From Candidatus Latescibacterota bacterium (lineage in GTDB: Bacteria; Latescibacterota; UBA2968; UBA8231), in the NCBI GenBank assembly GCA_965217585.1, contig OZ244561.1, positions 6,784,001 through 6,848,000 of the forward strand: a stretch of DNA of 64,000 nt, in the 5' to 3' direction. A program made the position numbers and the translations under genes. The notes beneath the pieces are model-generated. The model was not told the DNA's origin and ran no database searches. It saw only the letters and a program-made list of their open reading frames with translations. Shown one piece after another: positions 17,767 through 28,129 of the stretch (position 1 is its first letter; each line of letters opens with the position of its first letter).

Positions 17767-18603
17767 TTAGGGCAGCTTGGTCGTCTTCTTGGCTTCTATC
17801 AGTCCGTCCACCTCGACCTTATAGATATACACCCCGGCGGCCACCACCTTGCCCTCCTCGTCGCGGCCATTCCACATAAACCGATGGCTACCCGCCCCAA
17901 GCGGCCCATCCCACAACTGCCGCACCCGATGCCCTAACACGTCGTAGAGTGCCAAGTGGACCCGCTCCTCGTCGGTAGCTAGGTCGAGGGGAATGACCAT
18001 CTGGGGATTAAACGGATTGGGATAACTATCGCCCAGCCGATGCTGCGCCGGCCGCGCATCCGCCGACGTCAGCACGGCGGTCGCAGTCGGCTGTTCAGCC
18101 TCCGAACAAGGGGTGGAGGAGCACCAGCAATCTAACCAATAAACGTTGTCATCGTCGTCTTGGTACGTGGTGCAGTACCGGTACGGCTCGGTCGAGTTCA
18201 ACTCCGCGCAATCGTCGAAGTAGCTGCACTCAGTCTTTAGAGTGAGGTCGAGGCAAGGGACGGTCTGCATGGCAGTCGCGAACGGCTGCTCAGCCTCCGC
18301 ACAGGGCGTGGAGGAGTGCCAGCAATCTCCGGTTATGTAGAAGTTGCACTCCCAGTCCAAGCCATAGGTGCAGTAGAGGTATTTCTCCGTCGAATCCGCC
18401 GGTGCACTATCGAAGCAGGGGTTGGAACTGGGGCTACAGCCTATCCAAGTGCTCGGGCACACTATGTCGTCTTCGGATTCCCTAGCGTCGGCGAGGATCG
18501 CAAGCCCCGCGAGGACACTTACGACCCACACGAGCCCTACTAGCCCCTGCCGAGCCGGGACCAAGCCGCTGGACGAGCCAATAAATTCACGCAACCTGTT
18601 CAT
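17767..18603 (-). CDS. Secreted Cys-rich two-repeat protein with FlgD-Ig/T9SS-like CTD (KTTKLP class)
   Basis: AAGGAG RBS; hydrophobic N-terminal segment; two ~58-aa repeats with 7 Cys each ending DCWxSSTPCxEAEQPxATA; LGDSYPNPFNP CTD. Confidence 0.85.
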   Translation of the reverse strand: MNRLREFIGSSSGLVPARQGLVGLVWVVSVLAGLAILADARESEDDIVCPSTWIGCSPSSNPCFDSAPADSTEKYLYCTYGLDWECNFYITGDCWHSSTPCAEAEQPFATAMQTVPCLDLTLKTECSYFDDCAELNSTEPYRYCTTYQDDDDNVYWLDCWCSSTPCSEAEQPTATAVLTSADARPAQHRLGDSYPNPFNPQMVIPLDLATDEERVHLALYDVLGHRVRQLWDGPLGAGSHRFMWNGRDEEGKVVAAGVYIYKVEVDGLIEAKKTTKLP

Positions 18604-18726
18604 CTCTTGGTCTCCTTAGTTGTCCAGTACACCCACGGCCCGGTGCCGCTGCGGTGCTGGGAGTGGAGGTTGGGCAACGACCGATACGAATTTGTAAGGA
18701 TGCGGATCATGCTGATACCTCTAAGC

Positions 18727-20052
18727 TCAATCCGCGGCGATTAATTGCCGTGCCAATGATCCCTCCCGCGTCAACGCGTACACCACGATATTGACGCCGA
18801 GGTCATAGACCGGCAACTCATCAGCACCCGTGACAAAACGACCTATAAAGTTGCGGGCCCGATCCGCCTCGCGGATCCGCTCGGCCTCGCCGGCCAACAG
18901 GTCCGCGTAGTTCTTTTGTGAGTAAATCCCCACTATACGGCCATCCACCTGAATGCCCTCCAAGTAATCGGGCGACGATTCGGAGCGAGGATCAAGATAC
19001 CAAAACCAGATGTCCCAAAAGCCTCGCGGCAGAGAGTCCACATCGTAGAAGCAATGGTAGAGCGGGTGCTCGGGTGGCAACCGCACAAAAGACCAATCTT
19101 TGTGTTCGGCGTAGTCAACTTGCTGAAAGGCTTGGCGAATGAAATCGCGCAACGCCGGCAGGTCGTGCTGATAGACGCCAGCGAGCGCGATAGGTCGGGA
19201 GACAATATCCGCATAGAGGAACCCACCCGACGTGAGATAACGGCCCAGATTTTTGGCTTCGGCTTGGGTGAAGGAGACTTCGCCTCCAACCGTCAGCGAC
19301 AGAAACGGCACCTGCATCAGCCGCGGGTCGTCCAAGGCGATACCATCGAGCACTTGGGTGCGCACGCTGGTGCGCTCGCTCATTTTGTCGGCTAGCCCCT
19401 GCAGCATGCGCCGCTCGGCAATGCTGCGCGACCACCCCCCGCTGCGCTCCGAACGAGAGCTGGCGTCGGCGCGTTCGAGTGCTTCACTGTGGATGCCCGA
19501 TAAGTAAAGAAAACCCTTGAGTTGACGCCGGTCTTTTGGATCAACCACTACCATTGCCCGGTGCCGACCCGTGTCCATCGCCTGCACATCCATCAGTTCC
19601 AAGGACAAGTCAATCTCGTCGGCCCCCTGCCGCGTTCCTTCCAACGCCCCAGCGCGCATTTGCGGCCCAATGTGCCGAGCCGGGAAATCCGGGACCGGCA
19701 GCACCAGTCGATCCGGCAACGACGCCGTCGGTAGTCGAAGAGCCGATGACTTGAACACCGGCAACGGACGCGACGCCGAGGGAGCGGGACGGACCGCGGC
19801 GACCGGAGCGGCTTGCAGGGCTGGGCGGCGCACCAACGGGCGTTGCATGGGCCGTTGGCGACGGGTGAGAGTGCGCTGCGGCGGCGGACGTTTGGTAAAC
19901 TTCAGCATGATCGGCGGTAGGACGGGAAATTGAGTGACCCGCTCGCGGTGCGTGATCCCGAAAATCACCAGCAGATGTAAGGCCAGCGACAACACCAAGC
20001 AACTTTGCAGTTTTCTATTTTTTCGGAACGAAACTTTCCATGGCCGTTTCAT
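18727..20052 (-). CDS. DUF4159 domain protein, close paralog of 4821-6134
   Basis: Same TM, Pro-rich stalk and DUF4159 motifs. Confidence 0.87.
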   Translation of the reverse strand: MKRPWKVSFRKNRKLQSCLVLSLALHLLVIFGITHRERVTQFPVLPPIMLKFTKRPPPQRTLTRRQRPMQRPLVRRPALQAAPVAAVRPAPSASRPLPVFKSSALRLPTASLPDRLVLPVPDFPARHIGPQMRAGALEGTRQGADEIDLSLELMDVQAMDTGRHRAMVVVDPKDRRQLKGFLYLSGIHSEALERADASSRSERSGGWSRSIAERRMLQGLADKMSERTSVRTQVLDGIALDDPRLMQVPFLSLTVGGEVSFTQAEAKNLGRYLTSGGFLYADIVSRPIALAGVYQHDLPALRDFIRQAFQQVDYAEHKDWSFVRLPPEHPLYHCFYDVDSLPRGFWDIWFWYLDPRSESSPDYLEGIQVDGRIVGIYSQKNYADLLAGEAERIREADRARNFIGRFVTGADELPVYDLGVNIVVYALTREGSLARQLIAAD

Positions 20053-20086
20053 CTGTTCACATCCCTTCGCAAAAACACAAGGCACT

Positions 20087-20190
20087 CACGGCGCAGCAGG
20101 CCCTCAACCGTGCCGGCCCGTTCCAGACAGACGCTCAGACGCTGCAAGCCACCCGCTAGGTGTTGGCGCAATTTCTCCAGCATGTCCGCT
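20087..20190 (-). pseudogene. Remnant of glycosyltransferase 5' end
   Basis: Matches 7520-7612, in the same context (after an FG-GAP KMVKLE gene, before DUF4159); the rest of the gene is deleted. Confidence 0.8.
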
Positions 20191-20204
20191 CCAAGCCCTA
20201 TCGT

Positions 20205-22334
20205 CTATTCGAGTTTGACCATCTTGCGGATGCGCGTCTGATCGCCCACTTGCAACCGATACAAATAGACCCCGGCGGCGACGGATCGCCCTTGGGCATC
20301 CCGACCATCCCAAGCCAGCCGATGCTCACCAGCCGCCAGTGAACCCGCCCACACCTGGCGAATCGGCTGTCCTAGGACGTTGTAGATGGTTAAGTCCACA
20401 TCGCCAGCTTCGGTGGGCACGGCCAAAGGGATGGTCGTGGTGGGATTGAATGGATTGGGGTAGTTAGCACCGAGGGCAAAGGCCGAGGGCGTGGTCGCCG
20501 TCTCGGCCGCGACGGCGGTGGCTGGGACGCCTCGATTGAGAAAGACGAAGGCCCCGCCGTCGCCTTCCACATTCCGCCCCAGCACCACCAGATCGGTCGC
20601 CCCATCGCCGTTTACATCGCCCGCGAGCACCTCCCTGCCGATGCCCGGCAGCCGGTAGCGCCCTTCGACGACCGGCACCCCATCGCGCTGGCCGACCAGC
20701 ACCACCAGCGCCGGACCCGTCGCCGGGTTGATATCGACCACGGCCAAGTCCAGCAGGCCATCGCCGGTCAGGTCACTGGCAATGACCCCCCTATCAAAAT
20801 GCTGCGGAGACGGTACGAGCACCTGCGGACCGAGCAGGGTGTGGCGTTCCACCCCGCCCGAGGGATCCACCCGCCACAGCGCCAAACCGTGGTAGGTGGT
20901 CTTAAAATCAAAGTCGAAGAATAGATTCCGCTCGGGCGTCCCGACCAACTCCACCGCCCCATCCCCATCCAAGTCGGTGAGCAGGTGCAGGTCACAGGGA
21001 TTGACCGCGGCCTCAAAAAACAGCGGGGGCGGCTGGCTGGCCGCCCACGGCTGGGTCAAACGCCAAGGCCCCACCGGCTCGGAGCACCCTCGGTTCCACA
21101 ACAGGCGCACGGCCTCGCCCAACGGTTGCCCTGCCAGCAGGAAACGACCGAGCTCTTCTTCGGTGTCGAGGTCGAACCGATCACTGTGGGCAAAACCGGC
21201 CGCGCCGTCATTGACCCACATAGTCACGTTGGACCATAGGTCGTCGAGATCCTCGATCACCAACAGGTCCACATCGCCGTCGCCGTCGCCGTCGGCTAGA
21301 CCAACGATCCAGCCGACGGATAGCTGTAGGCTGGTTTCAAAGCCATCCTCGCCCCGGTTGAGCCACAATTCGATGGTCCGACCGTTACTATAGGCCAGAT
21401 CGAGCAGCCCATCCCCGTCGAAATCGCCCCCCGCAATCATGCTGAACGCCGACTCGTCTTGGCTTAGGCGAAGCACCTCTCCGGTGGGAACCAAGCCGCC
21501 CCAACCATCGCTGGCCGCTATGATCCAGCCCGCAGAGACTTTCACCACCAGATCGGCATCCCCATCGCCGTCGAAATCGCCCAAAGTATCTTGCAATCTC
21601 GATATTCCCTCACCGATACCCCGGCCCAACACAGAAAAACGCGGTTCAGCGAACAATGCGCCGGGCAACCCGGCCTCCACGGCCAGCGCCCGGGGCTGCA
21701 ATTCTCCCAGCAGCAGCTCTTCGGCCCCCGTCAGTTGAATCCAGTCTACTTCGACAAAGGCCGGATGATCGGCCGGACCCTTTAAGTTTAGGTCTAGTTG
21801 CAAGTGGAAGAGGGTGTCCTGCCAAGTGACCGCTCTCCACTTTTCTTCTGGGTTCGCTTCCGCAGCGGCTTCCAAGGCGCGTAAGTCTATCGTGATATTT
21901 TCCCATTCGATGGGATAGAGTTGAAGCCGGATCGTATAAAACCCCGACGGGTCTGGTAGGGCGCCTTGGTCCGCTTCCTTCTTGCGGCGTCTGGACTCGA
22001 CATTGGACCAGTGCATCAGGAGGTTGCCCTCGGTGGGGCGATCGTGGATGATGCGCAGCCGTAAGGTGACCCGGTCGAACAGGGCCGAGTCTTCCCCAAT
22101 CAGCGGCGAGAGCAAGCGAATGGCCGGTCGGTGCCCGCCCGGCACCGGCGCAATGCGCCAGACGCCGGCTTCGACTTCGCTGTACACCGTGGTGGGAGTA
22201 ACGTCACCCAATCTGCCTAATTCGCTCTCCCGGGCGGTCCAGCCCCAAGTCGTGCCCTCGTCAAAATCCCACGTTAAAGCGAAGGCCCCCAGCGGAGCCG
22301 CCAACAATCCAATAGCAACGAGCAAGCAGCGCAT
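20205..22334 (-). CDS. Secreted FG-GAP/VCBS repeat protein with CTD (KMVKLE class)
   Basis: Signal peptide, WDFDEGTTWGW domain, GDxDGDG repeats, YPNPFNP CTD. Confidence 0.9.
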   Translation of the reverse strand: MRCLLVAIGLLAAPLGAFALTWDFDEGTTWGWTARESELGRLGDVTPTTVYSEVEAGVWRIAPVPGGHRPAIRLLSPLIGEDSALFDRVTLRLRIIHDRPTEGNLLMHWSNVESRRRKKEADQGALPDPSGFYTIRLQLYPIEWENITIDLRALEAAAEANPEEKWRAVTWQDTLFHLQLDLNLKGPADHPAFVEVDWIQLTGAEELLLGELQPRALAVEAGLPGALFAEPRFSVLGRGIGEGISRLQDTLGDFDGDGDADLVVKVSAGWIIAASDGWGGLVPTGEVLRLSQDESAFSMIAGGDFDGDGLLDLAYSNGRTIELWLNRGEDGFETSLQLSVGWIVGLADGDGDGDVDLLVIEDLDDLWSNVTMWVNDGAAGFAHSDRFDLDTEEELGRFLLAGQPLGEAVRLLWNRGCSEPVGPWRLTQPWAASQPPPLFFEAAVNPCDLHLLTDLDGDGAVELVGTPERNLFFDFDFKTTYHGLALWRVDPSGGVERHTLLGPQVLVPSPQHFDRGVIASDLTGDGLLDLAVVDINPATGPALVVLVGQRDGVPVVEGRYRLPGIGREVLAGDVNGDGATDLVVLGRNVEGDGGAFVFLNRGVPATAVAAETATTPSAFALGANYPNPFNPTTTIPLAVPTEAGDVDLTIYNVLGQPIRQVWAGSLAAGEHRLAWDGRDAQGRSVAAGVYLYRLQVGDQTRIRKMVKLE

Positions 22335-22394
22335 AATAAACCTCCAGAGCTTGTGATCGTGCGGTTTAGACCCCTCATTTCCAAGCCCTATCGT

Positions 22395-24181
22395 CTATTC
22401 GAGTTTGACCATCTTGCGGATGCGCGTCTGATCGCCCACTTGCAACCGATACAAATAGACCCCGGCGGCGACGGATTGCCCTTGGGCATCCCGACCATCC
22501 CAAGCCAGCCGATGTTCGCCAGCCACCAGTGAACCCGCCCACACTTGGCGCACTGGCTGCCCCAAGACGTTGTAGATGGTTAAGTCCACATCACCAGCTC
22601 CGGCGGGCACGGCCAAGGGGATGGTCGTGCCCGGATTGAATGGATTGGGGTAGTTGGCACCGAGGGCAAAGGCCGAGGGCGTTGCCGCCGTCTCGCTGGC
22701 AACGGCTGTGGCTGGAACGCCTTGGTTGAGGAAGACGAAGGCCCCGCCGCCCCCTTCCACACTCCGCCCCAGTACGACCAGATCGGTCGCCTCATCGCCG
22801 TTTACATCGCCAGCGAGCATCTCGTTGCCGATGCCCGGCAGCGGGTAGCGCCCTTCGACGACGGGCACCCCATCGCGCTGGCCGACCAATATTACCAGTG
22901 CCGGACCCGTCGTCGCGTTGGCATCGACCACGGCCAAGTCCAAAAGGCCATCGCCGGTCAGGTCACGGGCAATGACCTGACCATTATACACATACGGATT
23001 CCGCACAAGCACCTGCGGCCCGAGCAGGTCATGGCGTTCGACCCCGCCCGAGGCGTCCACCCGCCACAGTGCCAAACCGTGGTAGGTGTTGCGAAAAAGA
23101 AAGTCGAAGAACAGATTCCGCTCGGGCGTCCCGACCAACTCCACCGCCCCATCCCCATCCAGATCGGCGAGCAGGTGCATATCGCAGGGATTGACCGCGA
23201 TCTCAAAAAACAGCGAGGGCGGCTGGCTGGTCGCCCACGGCTGGGTCAGACGCCAAGGCCCCACCGGCTTGTAGCACGGTCGGTTCCACAACAGGCGCAC
23301 GGCCTCGCCCAACGATTGCCCTGGCAGCAGTAAATGACCGAGCTCCTCTTCGGTGTCGAGGACGAACCGATCGCTGTCGGCAAACCCGGCCGCGCCATCA
23401 TTGATCCACATAGTCACGTTGGACCATAGGTCGTCGCGATCCTCGACCACCAACAGGTCCACATCACCGTCGCCGTCGCCATCGGCTAGGCCAAGGAAAT
23501 AGCTGTCGGATAGCTGTAGGATGGTTTCAAAGCCATCCTCGCCCCGGTTGTGCCACAATTCGAGGGTGGAACCTTGATTAAAGGCCAGATCGAGCAGCCC
23601 ATCCCCGTCAAAATCGCCCCCCGCAATCTCCGGAAAAGCCTCGCTTGGGAGGAGGACCTCTCGGGTGGGGACCAAGCCGCCCACTCTTCTTCTGGGTGCG
23701 CTTCCGCAGCGGCTTCCAAGGCGCGTATATCTATGGTGATGTTTTCCCATTCGATGGGGTAAAGTTGATCACGGCCCATAGAAAACCCCAACGGTATTAT
23801 GGAGCGTTGGCTGCGTTGGCCCGCTTCCTTCTTGCGGCGTCTGGACTCGCCATTGGACCACGCCATCAGGAGGTTCCCCTCGGTGGGGCGATCGTGGATG
23901 ATGCGCAGCCGTAAGGTAACCCAGTCGAACAGGGCCGAGTCTTCCCCAATCAGCGGCGAGACCAAGCTAATGGCGGGTTCTTGCCCCGTCGGCACCGGCG
24001 CAATGCGCCAGACGCCCTCTTCGACTTCGCTGTACACTGTGGTGGGGACACCACGGTCAGTTCCTAAGAGACTCTCGTGGGCGGTCCATCCCCAAGTAGT
24101 GCCCTCGTCAAAATCCCACGTTAAAGCGAAGGCTCCAAGTGGAGCCACCAACAACAAAATTGCTAAGAGCAAGCAGCGCAT
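22395..24181 (-). pseudogene. FG-GAP/CTD paralog broken by an internal frameshifting deletion near 23683
   Basis: ORF 23486-24181 holds the N-terminus to AHPEEEW; ORF 22395-23750 resumes at GGLVPT; roughly 330 bp present in paralog 20205-22334 is missing. Confidence 0.85.
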
Positions 24182-24296
24182 AATGAACCTCCAGAGTCAG
24201 GGAGGGAGTGTTAGCCGATCGAATGCCTTACATCTACTAAGTGAGGTGTGGAGCAATAATGCTGCTGTGTCCTGCCTCGCCTTCAACGACGATATA

Positions 24297-24313
24297 TGCA
24301 GGTTGCGTGCCAA
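24297..24313 (-). promoter_or_regulatory. Sigma54 (-24/-12) promoter 2
   Basis: Minus strand TTGGCACG-CAAC-CTGCA. Confidence 0.88.
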
Positions 24314-24334
24314 CGATCAGGCCATGCACAAAAA

Positions 24335-24361
24335 AATCCTTTAGGATACACCTAAAGAATT
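24335..24361. promoter_or_regulatory. Conserved palindromic site, copy 2
   Basis: AATCCTTTAGG-ATACA-CCTAAAGAATT at about -49 to -75. Confidence 0.8.
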
Positions 24362-24435
24362 GAAAAACATGATACTTAAAATTATGGGACGAGTCTTTCT
24401 ACGAGGCACCGCCTCGCCGTCGGCGCAAGGCTTTC

Positions 24436-24490
24436 CACGATTTTTCGTGTATTTCCACGATTTTTTCGTGGGTCTCCACGACTTTCGTTG
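24436..24490. promoter_or_regulatory. Putative UAS: three phased CACG-N5/7-CGT(G/T) dyads
   Basis: CACGATTTTTCGTG, CACGATTTTTTCGTG, CACGACTTTCGTT at 20-21 bp spacing, starting about -150. Confidence 0.78.
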
Positions 24491-24526
24491 GCCGTTGGCC
24501 TCCTGTATAAGCTCTTGCGTCCTGCG

Positions 24527-27500
24527 CTACTTCTTCGGGCGTCGTAACCCGTATTTCTGCATGCGGTAACGCAGCTTCTCCGGGTGCATACCCAACAACG
24601 CGGCTGCACCGTGTACGCCATAGATCCTCCAGTGGGTCGCTTGCAGTGCCTCCACAATCTGCTGCTTTTCGTCCACATCTTTGGCCGGCGGCGTCGCTTC
24701 GTCCGCGTCTTCAGTTCGTCGTTCAGCCGACGGGAGTTCCCCATCCCCGGCGGGCGGCGCAACCGACGACAACGACAAATCCTCCACCCGCACCACGCCG
24801 TCCTTGCACAGCAAGACGGCGCGTTGAATCACGTGCTCCAGCTCGCGCACATTCCCCGGCCAAGCATACCCCTGCAAGTGCGCGACCACCCCGTCGTCTA
24901 AGGTCGGCACTGGTCGCCGTAGGTGCCGAGCATACCGCTCCGCAAAATGCGCCGCCAAAGCCGGGATATCCTCTTGCCGCTGCCGCAGTGGTGGAAGCTC
25001 TAGCGTGAAGACGCTCAGGCGATAGAATAGATCTTCGCGGAACGTGCCGTCTTGGATGGCCTGCCGCAGGTCGCGGTTGGTCGCCGCGATGACCCGCACG
25101 TCCACGCTCACAGGCTGCTGGCCGCCGACGCGGGTCAGTGTATTCTCCTCTAAGATGTGCAGCAGCACCCGCTGAGACTCCAACGGCAAATCGCCGATTT
25201 CGTCCAAAAAGAGCGTGCCACCATCGGCCAGTTCAAAGCGGCCGAGTTGACGGCTAGCCGCCCCGGTAAAGGCCCCTTTCTCGTGGCCGAATAACTCGCT
25301 TTCGACCAACCCGGCCGGCAGCGCTCCGCAGTTGACGCGGATAAAGGGCCGCTTGCGGCGAGTGCTTGTTTCGTGGATGATCTGCGCGAGTATGCCCTTG
25401 CCCGTACCGGTCTCGCCCAGCACCAGCACGGTCATCGCCGTCTCGGCGACGCGCACGGTCTGTTCCAGCACTTGGCGCATAGCCCAACTCTGGCTGTGCA
25501 CGACGTGGTCGGTAGCCCGCAAGACGCTTTCAAGGGCGTGGATGCGTTCGGTTTTGGCGTCGGGGAGGATTTGAATCTCCACGCTGGCCACCTCGGACAG
25601 CAGGCCATCGCGGTCCATCGTCCGCACCTCAAAGCAATACTCGCCCACCGGCAAAGCATTGTACGCGACGGTATCGGCGGCTGTAAACGCGCTCCATTGT
25701 TCCACCGGACCGTGCCCTAACAAGCGGTGGCTGTAGCGCATTTGTCCAGCACCCGTGCGGAAGCTGATGCCCTGGAAGTGAATACGGATTTCAGGGGTAC
25801 TCTCTGGGCAGGCTACAGCTTCGGGCGCGGCCAAGAGGGTGCCGGCCATGACCTCGCGGATGACCAAGCGCGGCGGTGTGTGTCCCGGCTGGTAGGCAAC
25901 CAGCCCCGCCCGCGTCCCAAACCATAGCCGGCCGAGATGATCGCATAGGACGGCTTCGACCTTGTTTTCGAGGGCGGATGGCCCCAAGCGGATGCTCTGG
26001 AAGGTCTCGCCGTCGTAGCGGAGGACGCCGCCACCGCTGGTGCCCATCCAGATGTTGCCCTGCGAATCGGCGGTCAGCGCCAAGATGCCATTGGCGGACA
26101 GCCCAAACTGCTCGGCAGTAAACCGGCGCACCTCTCGCGACGAGAGATCAAGGGCGAAAAGTCCCTTGGCCGTGCCTATCCACAGGGTGTTTTGATGCTC
26201 CCACAAGACGTTGACGTAGGCAATGGTTTCCGTCTCGGCCACTTCCGCTGGACGGAACTGACCGTCCTCGTAATAGTAGAGTGCCGGCACCATTCCGTAT
26301 GAACTAACCCAGAATACTCCCCTCTGGTCTTGCAGTAGGGCGCGGCATTCTTCAAACATCCAACCGGCGAGAGGGGTGAAGCGATTTTCCTCTATCCAGC
26401 CGAGGCGGCCCGTAAGCTCGGTGGCCCATATACGCCCTTGCCCATCCTCGCACAATCCCGAGATTTCCCCAGAGTGGGGATCTTCGGCCACTACGATCAT
26501 TTGCGGCGTTTGCCCCTCCCACCTGAACACTTTGCCCGCGTCCCCACCGCTCCAGACCTGCCCTTGGCTATCCACCACCATCGCCGAGACCATTTCACGA
26601 GGTCCTACCGGAAGAATCTGGTCGTCTTCCATGTAGGCCATGCCCCCCATCGTGCCGATCCACATCCGATTCTTGTGATCTTCGCCTAAGTAGCGAATCT
26701 CGTGGTCGGGCAGACCGTCGACTTCGATGTAGCGACGGATGCTGGCCGGATCGCAAAAAATTAGACCACCGCCCCAAAGCCCGATCCAGATATTGCCCTC
26801 GCGATCCTCGTAGGTCAGGCGCGTATCCGAAAAGTCAATATCCGGTAGGGTGGCGGAAAAGGGGTACCACTCTTGACCGTCGTGTACCACCACACCCCGA
26901 TGGGTCAACCAGAGCCAACCCCTAGCGTCAACTCGCATGTGCCGCGTCCCGTTCTGCGCGGCTCTGTCGGTTCCATTGCCCACGTTAATGAACGCAAACT
27001 GCTCATCTTTCGGATCGTAGCGACCGATCAAAACTTCAGTACCCGTGTAACGGAAGGCGATCCACAGATGGCCAGAAGGGTCTTGGGCGAATTTCCAAGG
27101 CCATTGGACTGCCTGGTTCCCGATACCCATGCGCCTTCCATCTAAGCTGATGACGCCTTGACCCGTAGTCGCCAGCCAAGTAGTACCGCCCGCGTCGGTA
27201 GCCATATCGTACACTCGCCCCAAAGGTTGGCCGCCAACATCGGTTATACACTTCACACAGCGGCCCTCGGCAAACCAAGCCACGCCCGCGCTGGTCATCG
27301 CCACAATCGAACCGTCCGGCTGGTCTTGTAGGCCCAAAATCTCGTTGGAAGGCAGGCCGTGATCGATGGTGTACACCTGAAAACCGCGCCCGTCGTACGC
27401 GGCAAGCCCCCCGCCTAACGTGCCAAACAGTAGCCGCCCGTCCGCATCCTCAGCAATGGCCATGACCGTCAGATTGGGCAGACCGTCTTTGAGACCAAGG

Positions 27501-27664
27501 TTATCAAAATGGGCGCTGTCGAACCGGCTGACGCCGCCGTCGGCGGTGGCAACCCAGAGAAAGCCTTGGCGGTCTTGGTAGATGTCTTCCACATGCATCC
27601 CAGCCAGTCCGTCAAAGACCGTGTACTGGCTGCTCAACACGTGCTCAAAGGATATGTCGCTCAT
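24527..27664 (-). CDS. Sigma54-dependent EBP 2 (propeller + Y_Y_Y-like + AAA+ + HTH)
   Basis: Same architecture and motifs as EBP1, including GAFTGA. Confidence 0.95.
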   Translation of the reverse strand: MSDISFEHVLSSQYTVFDGLAGMHVEDIYQDRQGFLWVATADGGVSRFDSAHFDNLGLKDGLPNLTVMAIAEDADGRLLFGTLGGGLAAYDGRGFQVYTIDHGLPSNEILGLQDQPDGSIVAMTSAGVAWFAEGRCVKCITDVGGQPLGRVYDMATDAGGTTWLATTGQGVISLDGRRMGIGNQAVQWPWKFAQDPSGHLWIAFRYTGTEVLIGRYDPKDEQFAFINVGNGTDRAAQNGTRHMRVDARGWLWLTHRGVVVHDGQEWYPFSATLPDIDFSDTRLTYEDREGNIWIGLWGGGLIFCDPASIRRYIEVDGLPDHEIRYLGEDHKNRMWIGTMGGMAYMEDDQILPVGPREMVSAMVVDSQGQVWSGGDAGKVFRWEGQTPQMIVVAEDPHSGEISGLCEDGQGRIWATELTGRLGWIEENRFTPLAGWMFEECRALLQDQRGVFWVSSYGMVPALYYYEDGQFRPAEVAETETIAYVNVLWEHQNTLWIGTAKGLFALDLSSREVRRFTAEQFGLSANGILALTADSQGNIWMGTSGGGVLRYDGETFQSIRLGPSALENKVEAVLCDHLGRLWFGTRAGLVAYQPGHTPPRLVIREVMAGTLLAAPEAVACPESTPEIRIHFQGISFRTGAGQMRYSHRLLGHGPVEQWSAFTAADTVAYNALPVGEYCFEVRTMDRDGLLSEVASVEIQILPDAKTERIHALESVLRATDHVVHSQSWAMRQVLEQTVRVAETAMTVLVLGETGTGKGILAQIIHETSTRRKRPFIRVNCGALPAGLVESELFGHEKGAFTGAASRQLGRFELADGGTLFLDEIGDLPLESQRVLLHILEENTLTRVGGQQPVSVDVRVIAATNRDLRQAIQDGTFREDLFYRLSVFTLELPPLRQRQEDIPALAAHFAERYARHLRRPVPTLDDGVVAHLQGYAWPGNVRELEHVIQRAVLLCKDGVVRVEDLSLSSVAPPAGDGELPSAERRTEDADEATPPAKDVDEKQQIVEALQATHWRIYGVHGAAALLGMHPEKLRYRMQKYGLRRPKK

Positions 27665-27708
27665 ACTCGTCCTTTACGACGCTTGGGAGGTCCGGCCAAA
27701 CGCCTCTG

Positions 27709-28075
27709 CTCACTTCACCGTCGTCAATCGCTGGATCATGATCCCTTTCCGCGTCAAGGCGTAGGCCAAGATATTAACGCCGCGGTCATAGCCGGCAACT
27801 CCTGCACCCACTCGCCGGCCATTGCCGGAGCGCAGCACAGCAGGACCAAGCCGAGCCAACAACGCATCGCCCTAATCATCTGCCCACGCCTCCAACCTCT
27901 GGATGGAGGAAGGGAGCTGCTGGAAGCGCAACGTCAGACCCAGTTGTCCCAAACGGAGCGCGTCTCGCCCAAGCAATGGATTGAGGCTCCGCACTTTATA
28001 GACCAACGACTCCTCGGCAGTGGTGAGAAACGAGCTGTTGGCTACGTTATTCACCAAAGCCCAATCTAGCTCCAG
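27709..28075 (-). pseudogene. Mosaic of four remnants (DUF4159 internal piece, STAS 3' half, discoidin gene start, DUF4159 3' end)
   Basis: Segments match 3436-3510, 3110-3250, 3040-3110 and 16819-16912. Confidence 0.78.
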
Positions 28076-28129
28076 CCCGCATCTGCGGCCCATCTTCGTT
28101 CAAATCAAATAGCTCAACGCAATGTTCTC

